Of a stretch of DNA of 64,000 bases, positions 10,422 through 20,525 are shown one piece after another (positions within the stretch are counted from its first letter, which is position 1; each line of letters starts with the position of its first letter). The DNA comes from Limisphaerales bacterium (GTDB lineage Bacteria; Verrucomicrobiota; Verrucomicrobiia; Limisphaerales; JAEYXS01). The stretch covers positions 719,730 through 783,729 of the forward strand of contig CBDIPT010000001.1 in the NCBI GenBank assembly GCA_965283725.1, written 5' to 3'. Both the position numbers and the translations under genes were made by a program. A model generated the notes under the pieces. The model did not search any database, was not told where the DNA came from, and saw only the letters and a program-made list of their open reading frames with translations.

Positions 10422-11485
10422 GTCACGCCCAACTGCTGACCGATTCTTATGGCCGGGTGATGCGGGACCTTCGGGTCAGTGTCACCGACCGGTGTAACTT
10501 TCGCTGCCTCTACTGTCTGCCGGAGACGGAAGAGGCAGCGAATTTTTATCGTTCCAAGTTCGATATCCTCAAGAATCCCAATCCGGCCAAACCCATCGCG
10601 CTGAACTGGAAACCCAAGGCGCAGATACTCACGCTGGAAGAGATCGAGCGGGTGGTGCGGCTGTTCGCGGGCTTGGGCATCGAGAAGATACGCATCACAG
10701 GTGGCGAACCACTCTTGCGCAAAGGCGTGGAGCAGTTGATCGGTAACATTGCTAAGATCCCAGGGGTGCAGGATATCGCCATCACCACGAACGGGTTTCA
10801 TTTCCAACCGAAGGCGCAGGCCTTGCGCGCGGCCGGCTTGAAGCGGGTGAGTTTCAGTCTGGATTCACTGGACCGGGACAACTTCAAGAAAATCACGGGC
10901 CGGGATGGTTTGCAGGAAGTGCTGGATGGTATCCGGTTGGCGCGGCAATTGGGCTTTGCGCCCATCAAGGTGAATGCCGTGCTTATCCGCGGGGTGAATG
11001 ATCACGAGCTGGAAGCACTCGCGGAGTTTGCCCGCGCCGAGGACGTCTCGTTCCGTTTCATCGAGTTCATGCCGTTGGATTCCAAACATGCCTGGCTCAA
11101 GGAATTGGTTGTCAGTGCCAAGGAAATCCTGGCGCGTTTGCAGGCGAAGTTTGATCTGCAGCCGGTAAAGTCCACGAATGTCTCGGAGACGGCCAAGCGG
11201 TGGGCGTTCCCGGATGGGCGAGGGGAGATCGGCATCATCGCTCCAGTCAGCGAACCGTTCTGCGGCCACTGCAATCGCATCCGGCTGACGGCTGACGGCA
11301 AGATCCGCACCTGCCTGTTCAGCCTTGGTGAGCATGATCTGAAACCGCTGTTGCGCGGCGGGGCGAGTGATGAGGAGATTCGCCAGCAACTGAAGGGGAT
11401 CGTGTTGCAGAAGGAAGACCGGCACCACATAGGAGAACCGGAATTTCAGCAGCCGGAGCGCTCGATGAGTTGTATCGGGGGATAA
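10418..11485 (+). CDS. moaA: GTP 3',8-cyclase MoaA (radical SAM, molybdenum cofactor biosynthesis)
   Basis: LRVSVTDRCNFRCLYCLPE is the CxxxCxxC radical-SAM cluster motif. The C-terminal CGHCNRIRLTADGKIRTCLF is the second cluster motif. Confidence 0.9.
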   Translation: MSHAQLLTDSYGRVMRDLRVSVTDRCNFRCLYCLPETEEAANFYRSKFDILKNPNPAKPIALNWKPKAQILTLEEIERVVRLFAGLGIEKIRITGGEPLLRKGVEQLIGNIAKIPGVQDIAITTNGFHFQPKAQALRAAGLKRVSFSLDSLDRDNFKKITGRDGLQEVLDGIRLARQLGFAPIKVNAVLIRGVNDHELEALAEFARAEDVSFRFIEFMPLDSKHAWLKELVVSAKEILARLQAKFDLQPVKSTNVSETAKRWAFPDGRGEIGIIAPVSEPFCGHCNRIRLTADGKIRTCLFSLGEHDLKPLLRGGASDEEIRQQLKGIVLQKEDRHHIGEPEFQQPERSMSCIGG

Positions 11486-11516
11486 GGAAGTCAGTTCTCC
11501 CTCGTCATCTCGGGGG

Positions 11517-12485
11517 CTACCAAGGGAGGCCGTGAAAATTTGTCTTCAGCGGCGCATCGTCATTTAATTCCATCGTCAGATAGCCGCCATCTTTCAATAG
11601 TTGCATCCCGGCTAACGAAGGACAGAGTTGCACGTTGAATGGTTTCCATGCCCGAGCCCGATTCAGCGCTTGCGTGATGCGGCTGATGCCGGGACCCATG
11701 AAATGAACGGGCGGAAGACCGGACATCAATCTGGCTTGGCGGAAAATCAGATTGGAATGTAGGTGGCCGATGATGGTGCGCTCAATCTGCGGGGCAAAGG
11801 AACGGATAACGGCATCGTCCCACAGAAAGGGGATGGCCGTCGGGTCATGACAGAACAGGATGACGCGCTGCGAGGATTGGATGCCCCGAAACAACTCACG
11901 TATCTCCGCCATGTGCTGGTGGTGTTCAGCCAGCCACATGGCTTGTTCCTCAGCGGATTGATCACCCGTCATGGCGGGGACGGCTGCCAGTGAGGAGGTC
12001 ATGCCGATGATGACGTAGCGGCCTAATTCTATGCGCCAGCTCGTGGGGAGCTTAAGCGTTTCGCGGGTGGCTTTCAGGCTCGCCAGCTTCATGCCGCCGG
12101 TGCCAGCCCCGAGGCTTTTCTTCCCGAATTCGTGATCCCCGATCGTGGTGCGCAATTGCGGGCCGAAACGTTGGCGCAACTTCCCCAGACATTCTAAAGC
12201 GCTCGCGCAAGCGGCGTCGTCACTGACGCCGATAAACGCGGAATCGCAGGAGTAATCACCGTTCGCCACTACGAAGTCCGCAGTTGGGCATTCGGCGAGG
12301 AAACGATCAAGTTGATGGTTGTGGGCAAAAGGATTGCGCAGCCAGAGGTGATGCCGCCAGAAGCGGACGGCCCAGCGCCGGACGGGGTACGGGATGGCAC
12401 GAGACTCATAATCACTGCCGCGCGCCTGTTCGGCGGCGCCAGCGTAATGGATATCGCTTAAAATGACGAAGCGGTGCCGGGCCAT
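11517..12485 (-). CDS. Metallophosphoesterase family protein
   Basis: FVILSDIHYAG, VVANGDYS and IGHLH are calcineurin-like phosphoesterase motifs. I chose the start at ATG 12485 (MARHRF). Confidence 0.7.
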   Translation of the reverse strand: MARHRFVILSDIHYAGAAEQARGSDYESRAIPYPVRRWAVRFWRHHLWLRNPFAHNHQLDRFLAECPTADFVVANGDYSCDSAFIGVSDDAACASALECLGKLRQRFGPQLRTTIGDHEFGKKSLGAGTGGMKLASLKATRETLKLPTSWRIELGRYVIIGMTSSLAAVPAMTGDQSAEEQAMWLAEHHQHMAEIRELFRGIQSSQRVILFCHDPTAIPFLWDDAVIRSFAPQIERTIIGHLHSNLIFRQARLMSGLPPVHFMGPGISRITQALNRARAWKPFNVQLCPSLAGMQLLKDGGYLTMELNDDAPLKTNFHGLPW

Positions 12486-12614
12486 GCGCGGAAAAGGTGG
12501 CGGTTCGGGAGGGGGAGGGCAAGTCAGGGATTGGGATCGCCGGAGGGCGTCCCCCATTTTCTACGCCACGTGCCGCTTGCGCTTGGACGGGTTAAGCGCA
12601 TAATAACCAGCACA

Positions 12615-13505
12615 ATGCAGTTCATACGGGACATTCATAAGGCGTGCGCGCAGGCGCAGCGTCCGGCCATTTCGTTCGAATTCTTTCCGCCCAAGACGGC
12701 GGAAGGCGATGCGTCTCTCTTGGAGAAGACGATTCCCGAACTGATGTCCCTGCGTCCTGATTACTGCTCTGTCACCTACGGCGCGGGGGGCAGCACGCGG
12801 GACAAGACGTTGATGATCGTGGACCGCATCCAGCGCGAGCATAAGCTTACCGCGATGTCCCATCTGACGTGCGTGAACAGCACCAAGGATGAACTGGCAG
12901 CCGTGCTCAAGCAGGCGAAGGACTTGGGCATCAAAAATATCTTGGCCTTGCGCGGTGATCCGCCGGGCGGCACAGGCGAGTTCAAGAAGACCGAGGGCGG
13001 TTTTGAGTTCAGCTACGAGCTCGTGGCTTACTTGAAGCAGTTGAACGAGTTTTCCATCGGTGTGGCCGGCTTTCCGGAAGGGCACATTGCCTGCAAGGAA
13101 GGCAAGCACGTGGACTGGCAGCGGTTGGCCGCGAAGATTGCGCATGGCGCCGATTTCGTGGTCACGCAGTTGTTCTTCGATAACGCTGATTTCTTTGAAT
13201 TTCGCGATTACCTCACGAAGCTGGGCGTCAAAGTGCCGATCGTTCCGGGCATCATTCCGGTGATGAGCGGTTCCCAGATCAAACGCTTCACCGCGCTGTG
13301 CGGGGCGCAATTGCCCGCCAAGTTGCTCAGCCGTTTGGACCCGCTCGGCGACAATGATGAGGCCGCGAAAGAATTCGGCATCGAGTATGCCACGGAGCAA
13401 TGCCAGGAACTCATCCGAGGCGGCGTGCCGGGCATCCATTTCTACACCTTGAACAAGGCGTATTCTACGAGCCGCATCGTGAAAAACCTCAATCTGCCGA
13501 AGTAA
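12615..13505 (+). CDS. metF: Methylenetetrahydrofolate reductase
   Basis: ISFEFFPPKT, SVTYGAGGSTR, HLTC, LALRGDPP and GFPEGH are MetF signature blocks. I chose the start at ATG 12615 (MQFIRDIH). Confidence 0.9.
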   Translation: MQFIRDIHKACAQAQRPAISFEFFPPKTAEGDASLLEKTIPELMSLRPDYCSVTYGAGGSTRDKTLMIVDRIQREHKLTAMSHLTCVNSTKDELAAVLKQAKDLGIKNILALRGDPPGGTGEFKKTEGGFEFSYELVAYLKQLNEFSIGVAGFPEGHIACKEGKHVDWQRLAAKIAHGADFVVTQLFFDNADFFEFRDYLTKLGVKVPIVPGIIPVMSGSQIKRFTALCGAQLPAKLLSRLDPLGDNDEAAKEFGIEYATEQCQELIRGGVPGIHFYTLNKAYSTSRIVKNLNLPK

Positions 13506-13527
13506 ACGGCCTGGTTTTAAAAATAAA

Positions 13528-13558
13528 AAAGCCGCGCATCAACATGCGCGGCTTTTGC
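13528..13558. terminator. Bidirectional rho-independent terminator between the convergent metF and fadL-like genes
   Basis: GCCGCGCAT-caac-ATGCGCGGC forms a 9-bp GC-rich stem. It is flanked by an A-run upstream and a T-run downstream. Confidence 0.6.
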
Positions 13559-13573
13559 TTTTAAGCCCGGAGA

Positions 13574-14794
13574 TCAGAACCGATACCCGACGGAAAAGTT
13601 CAGGGAATGGTTGAAGAATTTGAAGGTGCCGTCTGCAGATTGGCCGCCGATCGAGGGCGTGCTGCCCGTGATGGTGCGGGCGGGGCCGGTGATGATCTGA
13701 TACGAGACCGCCCAGCTCCACTTTTCCAATTGCCGACCGATACCAAAGCTGCCCACGTGCAGGTTGGTGTCCGGCGTCAGCGGGTTGAAGTTCACTTCGG
13801 AGGTCGAGTTCTCGCTGTAGAAGTAGCCGATGCTGGCGTAGTAACCATCCCTCAGCTTGCGGGTGATGCCGAACTCATAGAGGAACGAGGATTTCCAATT
13901 GAAAGCGAACGGTGTGTTGCCGGAAGCCTTTTCGAAAGTCACGGTGTTCAGGGAATCCCAATCCGTCCAATCGATGTTGAATTCAAAGTTCCAGTCCGGC
14001 GTGGGCCGGTAGGAGATGCCGCCCATGATATATTGGGGGAATTGGATGGTGGCCCGGGTGGTTTCCTCGGCGGCATAGGGCATGGCGACGGAGTGACCAC
14101 GGAAGGTCATCTCGGAAGGGCAACGGTAGTTGACCCCGAAAGCGAGCTTTTCATGCGGCTGCCAGCGGCTGGAGAGGGTGAACCCGTAGTCCCAGCCGAT
14201 CCCCTTGAACTTGAATTCATCCCCTGCAGTGGGCAGGAAAATGCCTTGGCGCAACTCGACGCGGCCATAATTGATCGTGGGGCCGACGGCGAAGGATAAC
14301 GAAGGCAGCGCTTGCCAGGCGATCACCGGATTCACCGTGGAATACATCAGGCGGCCTTCCAGAGCCATGGTGCGGAAACCGCTGGTCTCCGGCCATTCTA
14401 TGCCTAAACCAAAGGGGGCGTAAGTACCCACACCGAAAGAGAAGTCACTGTCTTTAAGGGAATGGACGAGATACATCTGCGGCACGGGCTGGACCTCGAA
14501 CAGGGAATGCGCGGTGCCGCCGGTGGGCGAATGGTAGGTCGAGTTGACTGAGGTGATGTAAAAGCCCAATTGAGCCTGGGTCCCCTCCAGTTGCGTGATA
14601 CCAGCGGGGTTGTAATACATCGCGGCCGGCGTATCCGCCGTCGCGGTGAAGGCATTGCCCCGGGCGATCGCCGCGGCATCCTGGTTGGCGATCCGGAAAC
14701 CGATCGCGTGGGTGGTGTTGGCGGTGAGCAGGCTGCTGGCCGCCAAGGTCAGCGCACAAAGCTGGTTCCGTTGGGTTTGGGTTGGAGTCCGCAT
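13574..14794 (-). CDS. FadL/OmpP1/TodX-family outer-membrane hydrophobic-compound channel
   Basis: It has a signal peptide followed by GFRIANQDAAAIARGNAFTATADTPAAMYYNPAGI, the conserved FadL N-terminal hatch region. The rest is an alternating beta-strand pattern ending in a terminal F. Confidence 0.8.
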   Translation of the reverse strand: MRTPTQTQRNQLCALTLAASSLLTANTTHAIGFRIANQDAAAIARGNAFTATADTPAAMYYNPAGITQLEGTQAQLGFYITSVNSTYHSPTGGTAHSLFEVQPVPQMYLVHSLKDSDFSFGVGTYAPFGLGIEWPETSGFRTMALEGRLMYSTVNPVIAWQALPSLSFAVGPTINYGRVELRQGIFLPTAGDEFKFKGIGWDYGFTLSSRWQPHEKLAFGVNYRCPSEMTFRGHSVAMPYAAEETTRATIQFPQYIMGGISYRPTPDWNFEFNIDWTDWDSLNTVTFEKASGNTPFAFNWKSSFLYEFGITRKLRDGYYASIGYFYSENSTSEVNFNPLTPDTNLHVGSFGIGRQLEKWSWAVSYQIITGPARTITGSTPSIGGQSADGTFKFFNHSLNFSVGYRF

Positions 14795-15126
14795 GGCTTT
14801 TGTTTAGTTGCCTGATGTCAGGCTTGTAGGGAAGTAAAAAATTGTCTTAGCATCGGCTAAATCCGTTTCCCCTTTAGCAAAATGTGCCAACTGGCCAGGG
14901 TATTTACATGAACCGCTTGCGCCTCAACAGTTTTGCCCGGTGCGGTGGTTTAGCCGGGGTGGCCGGAGTGGGCCAGAATCTTAACTGTAAATTCGCAAGT
15001 TCTTGGCTTGCAGAAGAAAAAACATTGTCCGGGGCTGGCTGATTCTGATAATCCATAACGCATTCTAAAGGGGAGGGATGAGTTGTATTTTTGTGACTTA
15101 ACGGGCGGTAGCGGCAGACGTATCAA

Positions 15127-16557
15127 ATGGAAAACGAAAATGTCATCGCACAGCCATCCCGGGACCGGGACAGCTTTATTGTGTGCCGAAATAGCCAGGG
15201 AGTTGAGGTTCGCGCCACGCTCCTTCGTTTAACGCGATATCTGGTTGTTTTCGAGGTCTACAATCCTTACAGCATTCTCCAGCTCTCGGAGGTGTTATCG
15301 GATTTCCGTATCATCATCCGTGACCGGCTCGTGTATTCCGGTCGCGCGGTCGTCAGCAATCTCGTCAACACCGGCATCGTGCTGGTTTGCGAGACCGCGC
15401 TGGATGAAGCGTGGGTGGATGTCGACTTCCTGGTTTCCAGCACGCAGCCGAACCGGTTGCGCGATGAATTCAACGAATTCATCACGGAATGGGGCAAAAA
15501 CCAGCGGGTCACGCCGGATTTCAAGGTGGTGGTCGCCGACATGCAGACGCTGCTGGCCGATCTCCGCCGTTGGCTGGAGCAGGTGGAACTGAGCATCCGC
15601 TCCGACCCCGGTGGCGACCGGCAAAAGCGCGAGCGCGACGTCATTTCGGAACTGAGCCATCCGATGTTGCCCGTGGTGAACGATTTGTTCATCCGTTTTG
15701 AGGACATCGCCCAGAAAATCGATACCGATCTCCAACCGATTCACCGCACCTATGTGAAACGGCAGTTGCATCCGCTCTTGTTGTGCTCGCCCTTCATGTA
15801 TCGCATCTATCAGAAGCCGCTGGGTTATGCCGGCGACTATGAGATGGTGAACATGATTTTGCGCGATCCCTATGAAGGCAGCTCGCTCTTCGCCAAGATC
15901 CTGAATGTCTACATCCTGAATCAGGCTCCTGCCGAGGCGCATCGGAACCGCGTCAAATATCTGACCCAACGTCTGGCGGAAGAGACCCGCCGGGTATCAC
16001 GCTTGGGACGTCCCTGCCGGGTGCTCAATCTGGGCTGCGGACCGGCGAAAGAGATCAATGACTTCCTGGAACAGGACGATATCTGTGACCGGGCGCAATT
16101 GACCTTGCTGGATTTCAACGACGAAACGCTGGAAGCCACCGGGCAGAAGCTGAATGAGGTGAAGGCGCGTTACCGCCGGTTCACGGGCTTGCAGTTCACG
16201 AAGAAATCCGTGCACCAGATCCTGAAGGAAGCCAGCAAACCGATGTTCCTTGGGCAGCAGTATGATTTCATCTATTGCGCGGGGCTGTTCGATTACCTGA
16301 GCGACCGTATCTGCAAGCGGTTGATGACGATTTTTTACGAACAGTTGGCACCGGGTGGGCTGGTGGTGGCGACGAATGTGGATTCGTCCAACCCCATCAA
16401 GAACATCATGGAATATATCTTCGAGTGGCACTTGGTGTATCGGGATGACAACCAGTTGAGCAATCTGATACCGGACGATGCCACCAAAGGGATGTGGTCG
16501 GTGAAAGCTGATCACACGGGGGCGAATATTTTTGTGGAAGTCCGCAAACCTCTCTAA
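15127..16557 (+). CDS. Large class I SAM-dependent methyltransferase with an N-terminal accessory domain; PhcB-like architecture
   Basis: The C-terminal half has SAM motif I (VLNLGCGPAKE), post-I LLDFNDE and FIYCAGLFDYL. The roughly 270-aa N-terminal region is of unknown fold. It directly abuts a sensor kinase gene: its TAA stop ends at 16557 and the kinase ATG begins at 16558. Confidence 0.6.
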   Translation: MENENVIAQPSRDRDSFIVCRNSQGVEVRATLLRLTRYLVVFEVYNPYSILQLSEVLSDFRIIIRDRLVYSGRAVVSNLVNTGIVLVCETALDEAWVDVDFLVSSTQPNRLRDEFNEFITEWGKNQRVTPDFKVVVADMQTLLADLRRWLEQVELSIRSDPGGDRQKRERDVISELSHPMLPVVNDLFIRFEDIAQKIDTDLQPIHRTYVKRQLHPLLLCSPFMYRIYQKPLGYAGDYEMVNMILRDPYEGSSLFAKILNVYILNQAPAEAHRNRVKYLTQRLAEETRRVSRLGRPCRVLNLGCGPAKEINDFLEQDDICDRAQLTLLDFNDETLEATGQKLNEVKARYRRFTGLQFTKKSVHQILKEASKPMFLGQQYDFIYCAGLFDYLSDRICKRLMTIFYEQLAPGGLVVATNVDSSNPIKNIMEYIFEWHLVYRDDNQLSNLIPDDATKGMWSVKADHTGANIFVEVRKPL

Positions 16558-17940
16558 ATGGTGAACCAACAGGACGTCCAGACGGCCTTTGCCGAGTACG
16601 ATAAGAAGGTGCGAATCAGCAATTCGCGCCTCGGGGCGATTTGGGCCATGATCTTGATGCCAGCGGGCATTACGCTGGACCTGATGGTCTATCCCGGCCT
16701 GTGGAAGGAGTTCTTCTGGCTGCGCGTGCTCTGTTCGATTTCCGTCTGGGGCGTGCGGGTTCTGTTCAATACGCCCTTTGGTGACCGGAACTATCGTTTC
16801 CTGGGGATGGTTTGGTACATGCTTCCGGCCTTCACCATCGCCGGTATGATCTATGCCTCGGACGAGGTGACGTCGCCTTACTATGCGGGGTTGAACATCG
16901 TCTTGATCGGTGCCGGGTTGTTCTTGCCGTGGACCTATTTTGAAAATTTGCTGGCCTGCCTGCTGGTCACGGCGATGTATGCCCTGGCCGTCCTGTTCAT
17001 CGAGCCGACCTTTGAGTTTCACCTGGTGTTCAACAACCTTTACTTCCTGTTGCTCACCGGCCTCATCGTGGTGGTTTCCAGCTTTTATACGGGGGATAAC
17101 CGCTACCGGGAGTTCGCGTTGCGCTTTGAACTGGACCGGAACAAACAGACTTTGGAAGAGGCGAACCGGCAGCTGAAGGAGTTGGACGAAGTGAAGACGC
17201 GGTTCTTCGCCAACATCAGCCATGAACTGCGCACACCGTTGACGCTTTTGTTGGCCCCGATTGAGTCGATGCGCCGGCAGAAGGCACATCTCTTCGATGA
17301 TCAGACCCGTGAATGGTTATCAACCATGGAGGCCAATGGTCTCCGGTTGTTGAAGCTGATCAACGACCTGCTGGATTTGGTCAAGCTGGAGTCCGGCCAC
17401 ATGCAAGTGAAGAACGAACAGGTCAGCCTCAGTGAATTCCTCCGGGGCCTGTGCAGTTCCGTGCAGAAGATGGCGGATGACAAGCGCGTGCACTTGGGAA
17501 CAGTGGTGGATGACAGCCTCGGCAGCGTTCGCACGGACCGGGATAAACTGGAGAAGATCATGCTGAACTTGGTCTTTAACGCCATCAAGTTCACCCCGGC
17601 AGGCGGGCAGGTGACCTTAAAAGCCAAAAAGGACGGTAATTTCTTCCAGATCGAGGTGATCGATACCGGTATGGGTATTGCGGCCAAGAACCTTCCCTAT
17701 CTGTTTACCCGCTTTTGGCAGGCGGATACCTCCGCCAGAAGAAAATATCAAGGAACAGGTATCGGTCTTGCCTTGGTGAAAGAATTGGTCGAAATTCAGG
17801 GCGGATCAGTCACGGCGGCAAGTGTCGAAGGACAGGGCACCAATATGACGGTGCGCTTGCCGCTGACTGCGGAAAAGGAGGAAGGAGTACCCGTGTCACC
17901 TAACATGCCTGTACCTATCACCAGAATCAGCCGTCCTTGA
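16558..17940 (+). CDS. Polytopic membrane sensor histidine kinase (PhcS-like position)
   Basis: About 6 predicted TM helices fill the first 190 aa. They are followed by a coiled coil, a HisKA H-box (FFANISHELRTPLT), an N-box (LVFNAIKFT) and G-boxes (DTGMGI, GTGIGLALV). Confidence 0.85.
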   Translation: MVNQQDVQTAFAEYDKKVRISNSRLGAIWAMILMPAGITLDLMVYPGLWKEFFWLRVLCSISVWGVRVLFNTPFGDRNYRFLGMVWYMLPAFTIAGMIYASDEVTSPYYAGLNIVLIGAGLFLPWTYFENLLACLLVTAMYALAVLFIEPTFEFHLVFNNLYFLLLTGLIVVVSSFYTGDNRYREFALRFELDRNKQTLEEANRQLKELDEVKTRFFANISHELRTPLTLLLAPIESMRRQKAHLFDDQTREWLSTMEANGLRLLKLINDLLDLVKLESGHMQVKNEQVSLSEFLRGLCSSVQKMADDKRVHLGTVVDDSLGSVRTDRDKLEKIMLNLVFNAIKFTPAGGQVTLKAKKDGNFFQIEVIDTGMGIAAKNLPYLFTRFWQADTSARRKYQGTGIGLALVKELVEIQGGSVTAASVEGQGTNMTVRLPLTAEKEEGVPVSPNMPVPITRISRP

Positions 17941-17974
17941 GGACAAAGCCGAACCTTCACCGCAAGGTGAGTGG

Positions 17975-19243
17975 TTGCAAGGGCTATACCGTCGTGCGGA
18001 GTTGTTCCCGTCACTCACGGCCTTGAAGGAAAGTATCCGCCCGTTGCAACCGGCGGGCAAAGGACAACGTGCCAAAGTGCTCGTCGTGGATGATGAGCCG
18101 GACATGCTCCGGTTCCTCAAATCCGAGCTGCTGCAGGAGTATGAAGTGATCGAAGCGGCAGACGGACGGCAGGCGTTGGCTCTTGCAGCGCAATTCCTCC
18201 CGGACATCATCTTGTGTGACATGATGATGCCGGAGATGGACGGCATCCAGGTATGCCGTGAGTTGCGCGCCAAGAGCACCACGCAGAACATTCCGGTCTT
18301 GTTGCTCACCGCGCGGGCAGATGAGGACACGAAGCTGACGGCTCTGTCCCATGGGGCCAGTGACTTTCTGAGCAAACCGTTCTCGGTCACCGAACTGAAC
18401 GTCCGGTTGAAGAACCTCATGACCGCCTACCAGATGCAGCGCAAGCTCGCGCGGCAGAACCAGGTGCTCGAGGCCACGCTGGAACAGCTCAAGGAGACGG
18501 AGACGCAACTCGTGCAGACCGAGAAGCTCGCTTCCTTGGGCCGGATGAGCGCCGGCATCATCCATGAAATCAACAATCCGTTGAACTATGCCAAGACGGG
18601 TCTGTTCACCTTGCGGAAGAAGTCCAAATACATCACAGCCGAGCAGAAGGAAGAGTTCGAAGAGGTGTTGAAGGATGTGGAAGACGGCGTTGATCGCGTG
18701 AAGAACATCGTTTCGGATTTGCGCACCTTCAGTCATCCCAAGGAGAACCAGCTGGAACCGATGCCGATCAGCAAGCCGATCACTTCGGCCCTGCGTTTTC
18801 TTTCTGGCGAGATCAAGGACAAGGTCGTCTTGCACCAGAACTTTGACGCCCAGCAGATCATCCAGGGCAACGAGAGCACCTTGATCCAGGTGATCACGAA
18901 TCTGCTCCAGAACGCCGTCGATGCCATGACGGCCAAAGGGGCGAAAGGCGATGCGCCGACCATCTGGCTGGAAGACAAATTGACCGAGAACCATTATCGG
19001 TTGATTATACGCGACAATGGCCCCGGCATCCCAGATGATGTGATGAACAAAATCTTTGACCCCTTCTTTACGACCAAAGATGTGGGCCAGGGGATGGGGC
19101 TGGGGCTGACTATCTGTTACCGGATCATGCAAATGCACGGGGGGCGTATCCACGTGCGTACAGAACTGGGCAAGTTCACCGAATTCACTTTGGAGTTCCC
19201 GTTGAAAGCGGTCCCGGCGGAAGCCGTCATGCAGGAAGCCTGA
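17975..19243 (+). CDS. Receiver-first hybrid: N-terminal REC domain plus HisKA-like/HATPase_c domain (PhcR-like architecture)
   Basis: REC motifs are VLVVDDEPD, ILCDMMMPEMDG and SKPF. An H-box-like IIHEINNPLN follows, then the ATPase blocks NLLQNAVDAM, DNGPGIP and GMGLGL. Confidence 0.85.
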   Translation: MQGLYRRAELFPSLTALKESIRPLQPAGKGQRAKVLVVDDEPDMLRFLKSELLQEYEVIEAADGRQALALAAQFLPDIILCDMMMPEMDGIQVCRELRAKSTTQNIPVLLLTARADEDTKLTALSHGASDFLSKPFSVTELNVRLKNLMTAYQMQRKLARQNQVLEATLEQLKETETQLVQTEKLASLGRMSAGIIHEINNPLNYAKTGLFTLRKKSKYITAEQKEEFEEVLKDVEDGVDRVKNIVSDLRTFSHPKENQLEPMPISKPITSALRFLSGEIKDKVVLHQNFDAQQIIQGNESTLIQVITNLLQNAVDAMTAKGAKGDAPTIWLEDKLTENHYRLIIRDNGPGIPDDVMNKIFDPFFTTKDVGQGMGLGLTICYRIMQMHGGRIHVRTELGKFTEFTLEFPLKAVPAEAVMQEA

Positions 19244-19263
19244 TCAATTTTTAACCAAGCACT

Positions 19264-20505
19264 ATGCAGAACTTTTACGACTACAAGAAGTACCTGATCA
19301 TCTACGTGGATGACGAAGAGAAGTCGCTGAAATACTTCTCCCGCGCCTTTGCCGACGAGTTTCGTATCCTGACAGCGACGAACGCCCAGGATGGGTATCA
19401 ATTGCTGGAGGCCAACCGCGACATGGTAGCGGTCCTGATGACGGATCAGCGCATGCCGGGTGAGAAGGGTGTGCAATTGCTCGAGAAAGCCCGCCAAGTC
19501 AGCCCGCGTTCCATCCGTATCTTGGCGACGGCCTATTCCGATCTCGATGCCGCCATCGATGCCGTGAACTCCGGAGCCATTTACAAATACGTCACCAAGC
19601 CTTGGGATATCCCGCAGTTGGAGACGACCCTGAAGCGTGGCATCGAGTTCTTCATCGTGCAACGGGAGCGCGATCAGCTCATGCGCGAGAAGCTTTCCGT
19701 GCTGCACAACATGATGATCACGGACCGCGTGGTCAGCCTGGGCGTGATGGCGGCGGGGCTGAGCCATCACCTGCGGAATCCGCTAGTCGCCGTCCGGACC
19801 TTCCTCGATCTGGCCCCGGCCAAATTGCAGGAAGAGAAGGTGACGATGGATGAGTTGCGCAATCCCAATTTCTGGCGGGATTTCTATGACCATGTGCGCG
19901 CCCAGGTGGATCGCATCTCTTCCCAGTTGGATAATCTGGGTCTGCTCGGTGCCACGGCGCGCTCGCGCGATTCGGTAAAGCTCTCGGAGGTGGTCACCGA
20001 GGCCTTGCAGGTTTCATCCCCGATGCTGGCCGAGCGCAAGATCACCTTGGAGAACCGTGTGCCGGACAATCTGCCTTTGCTCAGCACCGAAAGGCCGCAA
20101 TTCATCCGGATGCTGCAACTCCTGTTGCAAGAGACGGTGGCGCAGCTCGGCGCGGGTGGTCACATCTGGCTTTCGGCGGAAGCCGTGGAAGGCGGCATCA
20201 AGCTGGTGGTGGAAGATGACGGTCCGGGGTTGCCGGCGGAATCCTTGCGCAAGGTGTTTGATCCTTTCTTTGCCCGGAGTGGTCATCCCGAGGACTTCGG
20301 CATCAATTTGATGGCCTTTTACTTCCTCGCGTATCACTTGGGCGGCCGGGTCCGGGCCGAGGCCCGCGATCCGAAGGGGGCCAAGTTCACGCTGCAATTC
20401 CCGTTGGAGAAATCCACGCAGATATCGACCAATGATGAGCGCGACTTCATCAACAAGGTGCTCTTGAACGACGCCTTGTGGGAGAAGTTGCTCTCGGGTG
20501 AGTAA
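19264..20505 (+). CDS. Receiver-first protein: REC domain plus histidine-kinase-like domain (PhcQ/RpfG-like receiver)
   Basis: REC motifs are IIYVDDEEK, LMTDQRMPGEKG and YKYVTKPWD. These are followed by LSHHLRNPL (H-box-like) and DDGPGLP. The G2 region looks degenerate. Confidence 0.8.
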   Translation: MQNFYDYKKYLIIYVDDEEKSLKYFSRAFADEFRILTATNAQDGYQLLEANRDMVAVLMTDQRMPGEKGVQLLEKARQVSPRSIRILATAYSDLDAAIDAVNSGAIYKYVTKPWDIPQLETTLKRGIEFFIVQRERDQLMREKLSVLHNMMITDRVVSLGVMAAGLSHHLRNPLVAVRTFLDLAPAKLQEEKVTMDELRNPNFWRDFYDHVRAQVDRISSQLDNLGLLGATARSRDSVKLSEVVTEALQVSSPMLAERKITLENRVPDNLPLLSTERPQFIRMLQLLLQETVAQLGAGGHIWLSAEAVEGGIKLVVEDDGPGLPAESLRKVFDPFFARSGHPEDFGINLMAFYFLAYHLGGRVRAEARDPKGAKFTLQFPLEKSTQISTNDERDFINKVLLNDALWEKLLSGE

Positions 20506-20525
20506 ACCGCCAACCGAGACATCCT

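Noticed and set aside
14980-15030. Sigma-54 promoter (TGGC...TTGC) in the fadL / methyltransferase divergent region
   Set aside because: The TGGC and TTGCA elements are adjacent (TTGGCTTGCA). They lack the required spacing of about 10 nt between the GG and GC elements.
15127-15450. PilZ (c-di-GMP binding) domain at the N-terminus of the methyltransferase
   Set aside because: The region is beta-rich, but I could not find the RxxxR and D/NxSxxG PilZ motifs, so no claim is made.
15997-19153. Long minus-strand ORFs (15997-17289, 430 aa; 18011-19153, 380 aa)
   Set aside because: They are antisense to the methyltransferase and kinase genes, which have clear catalytic motifs. The products are Q/R/H/L-rich with no domain signatures.
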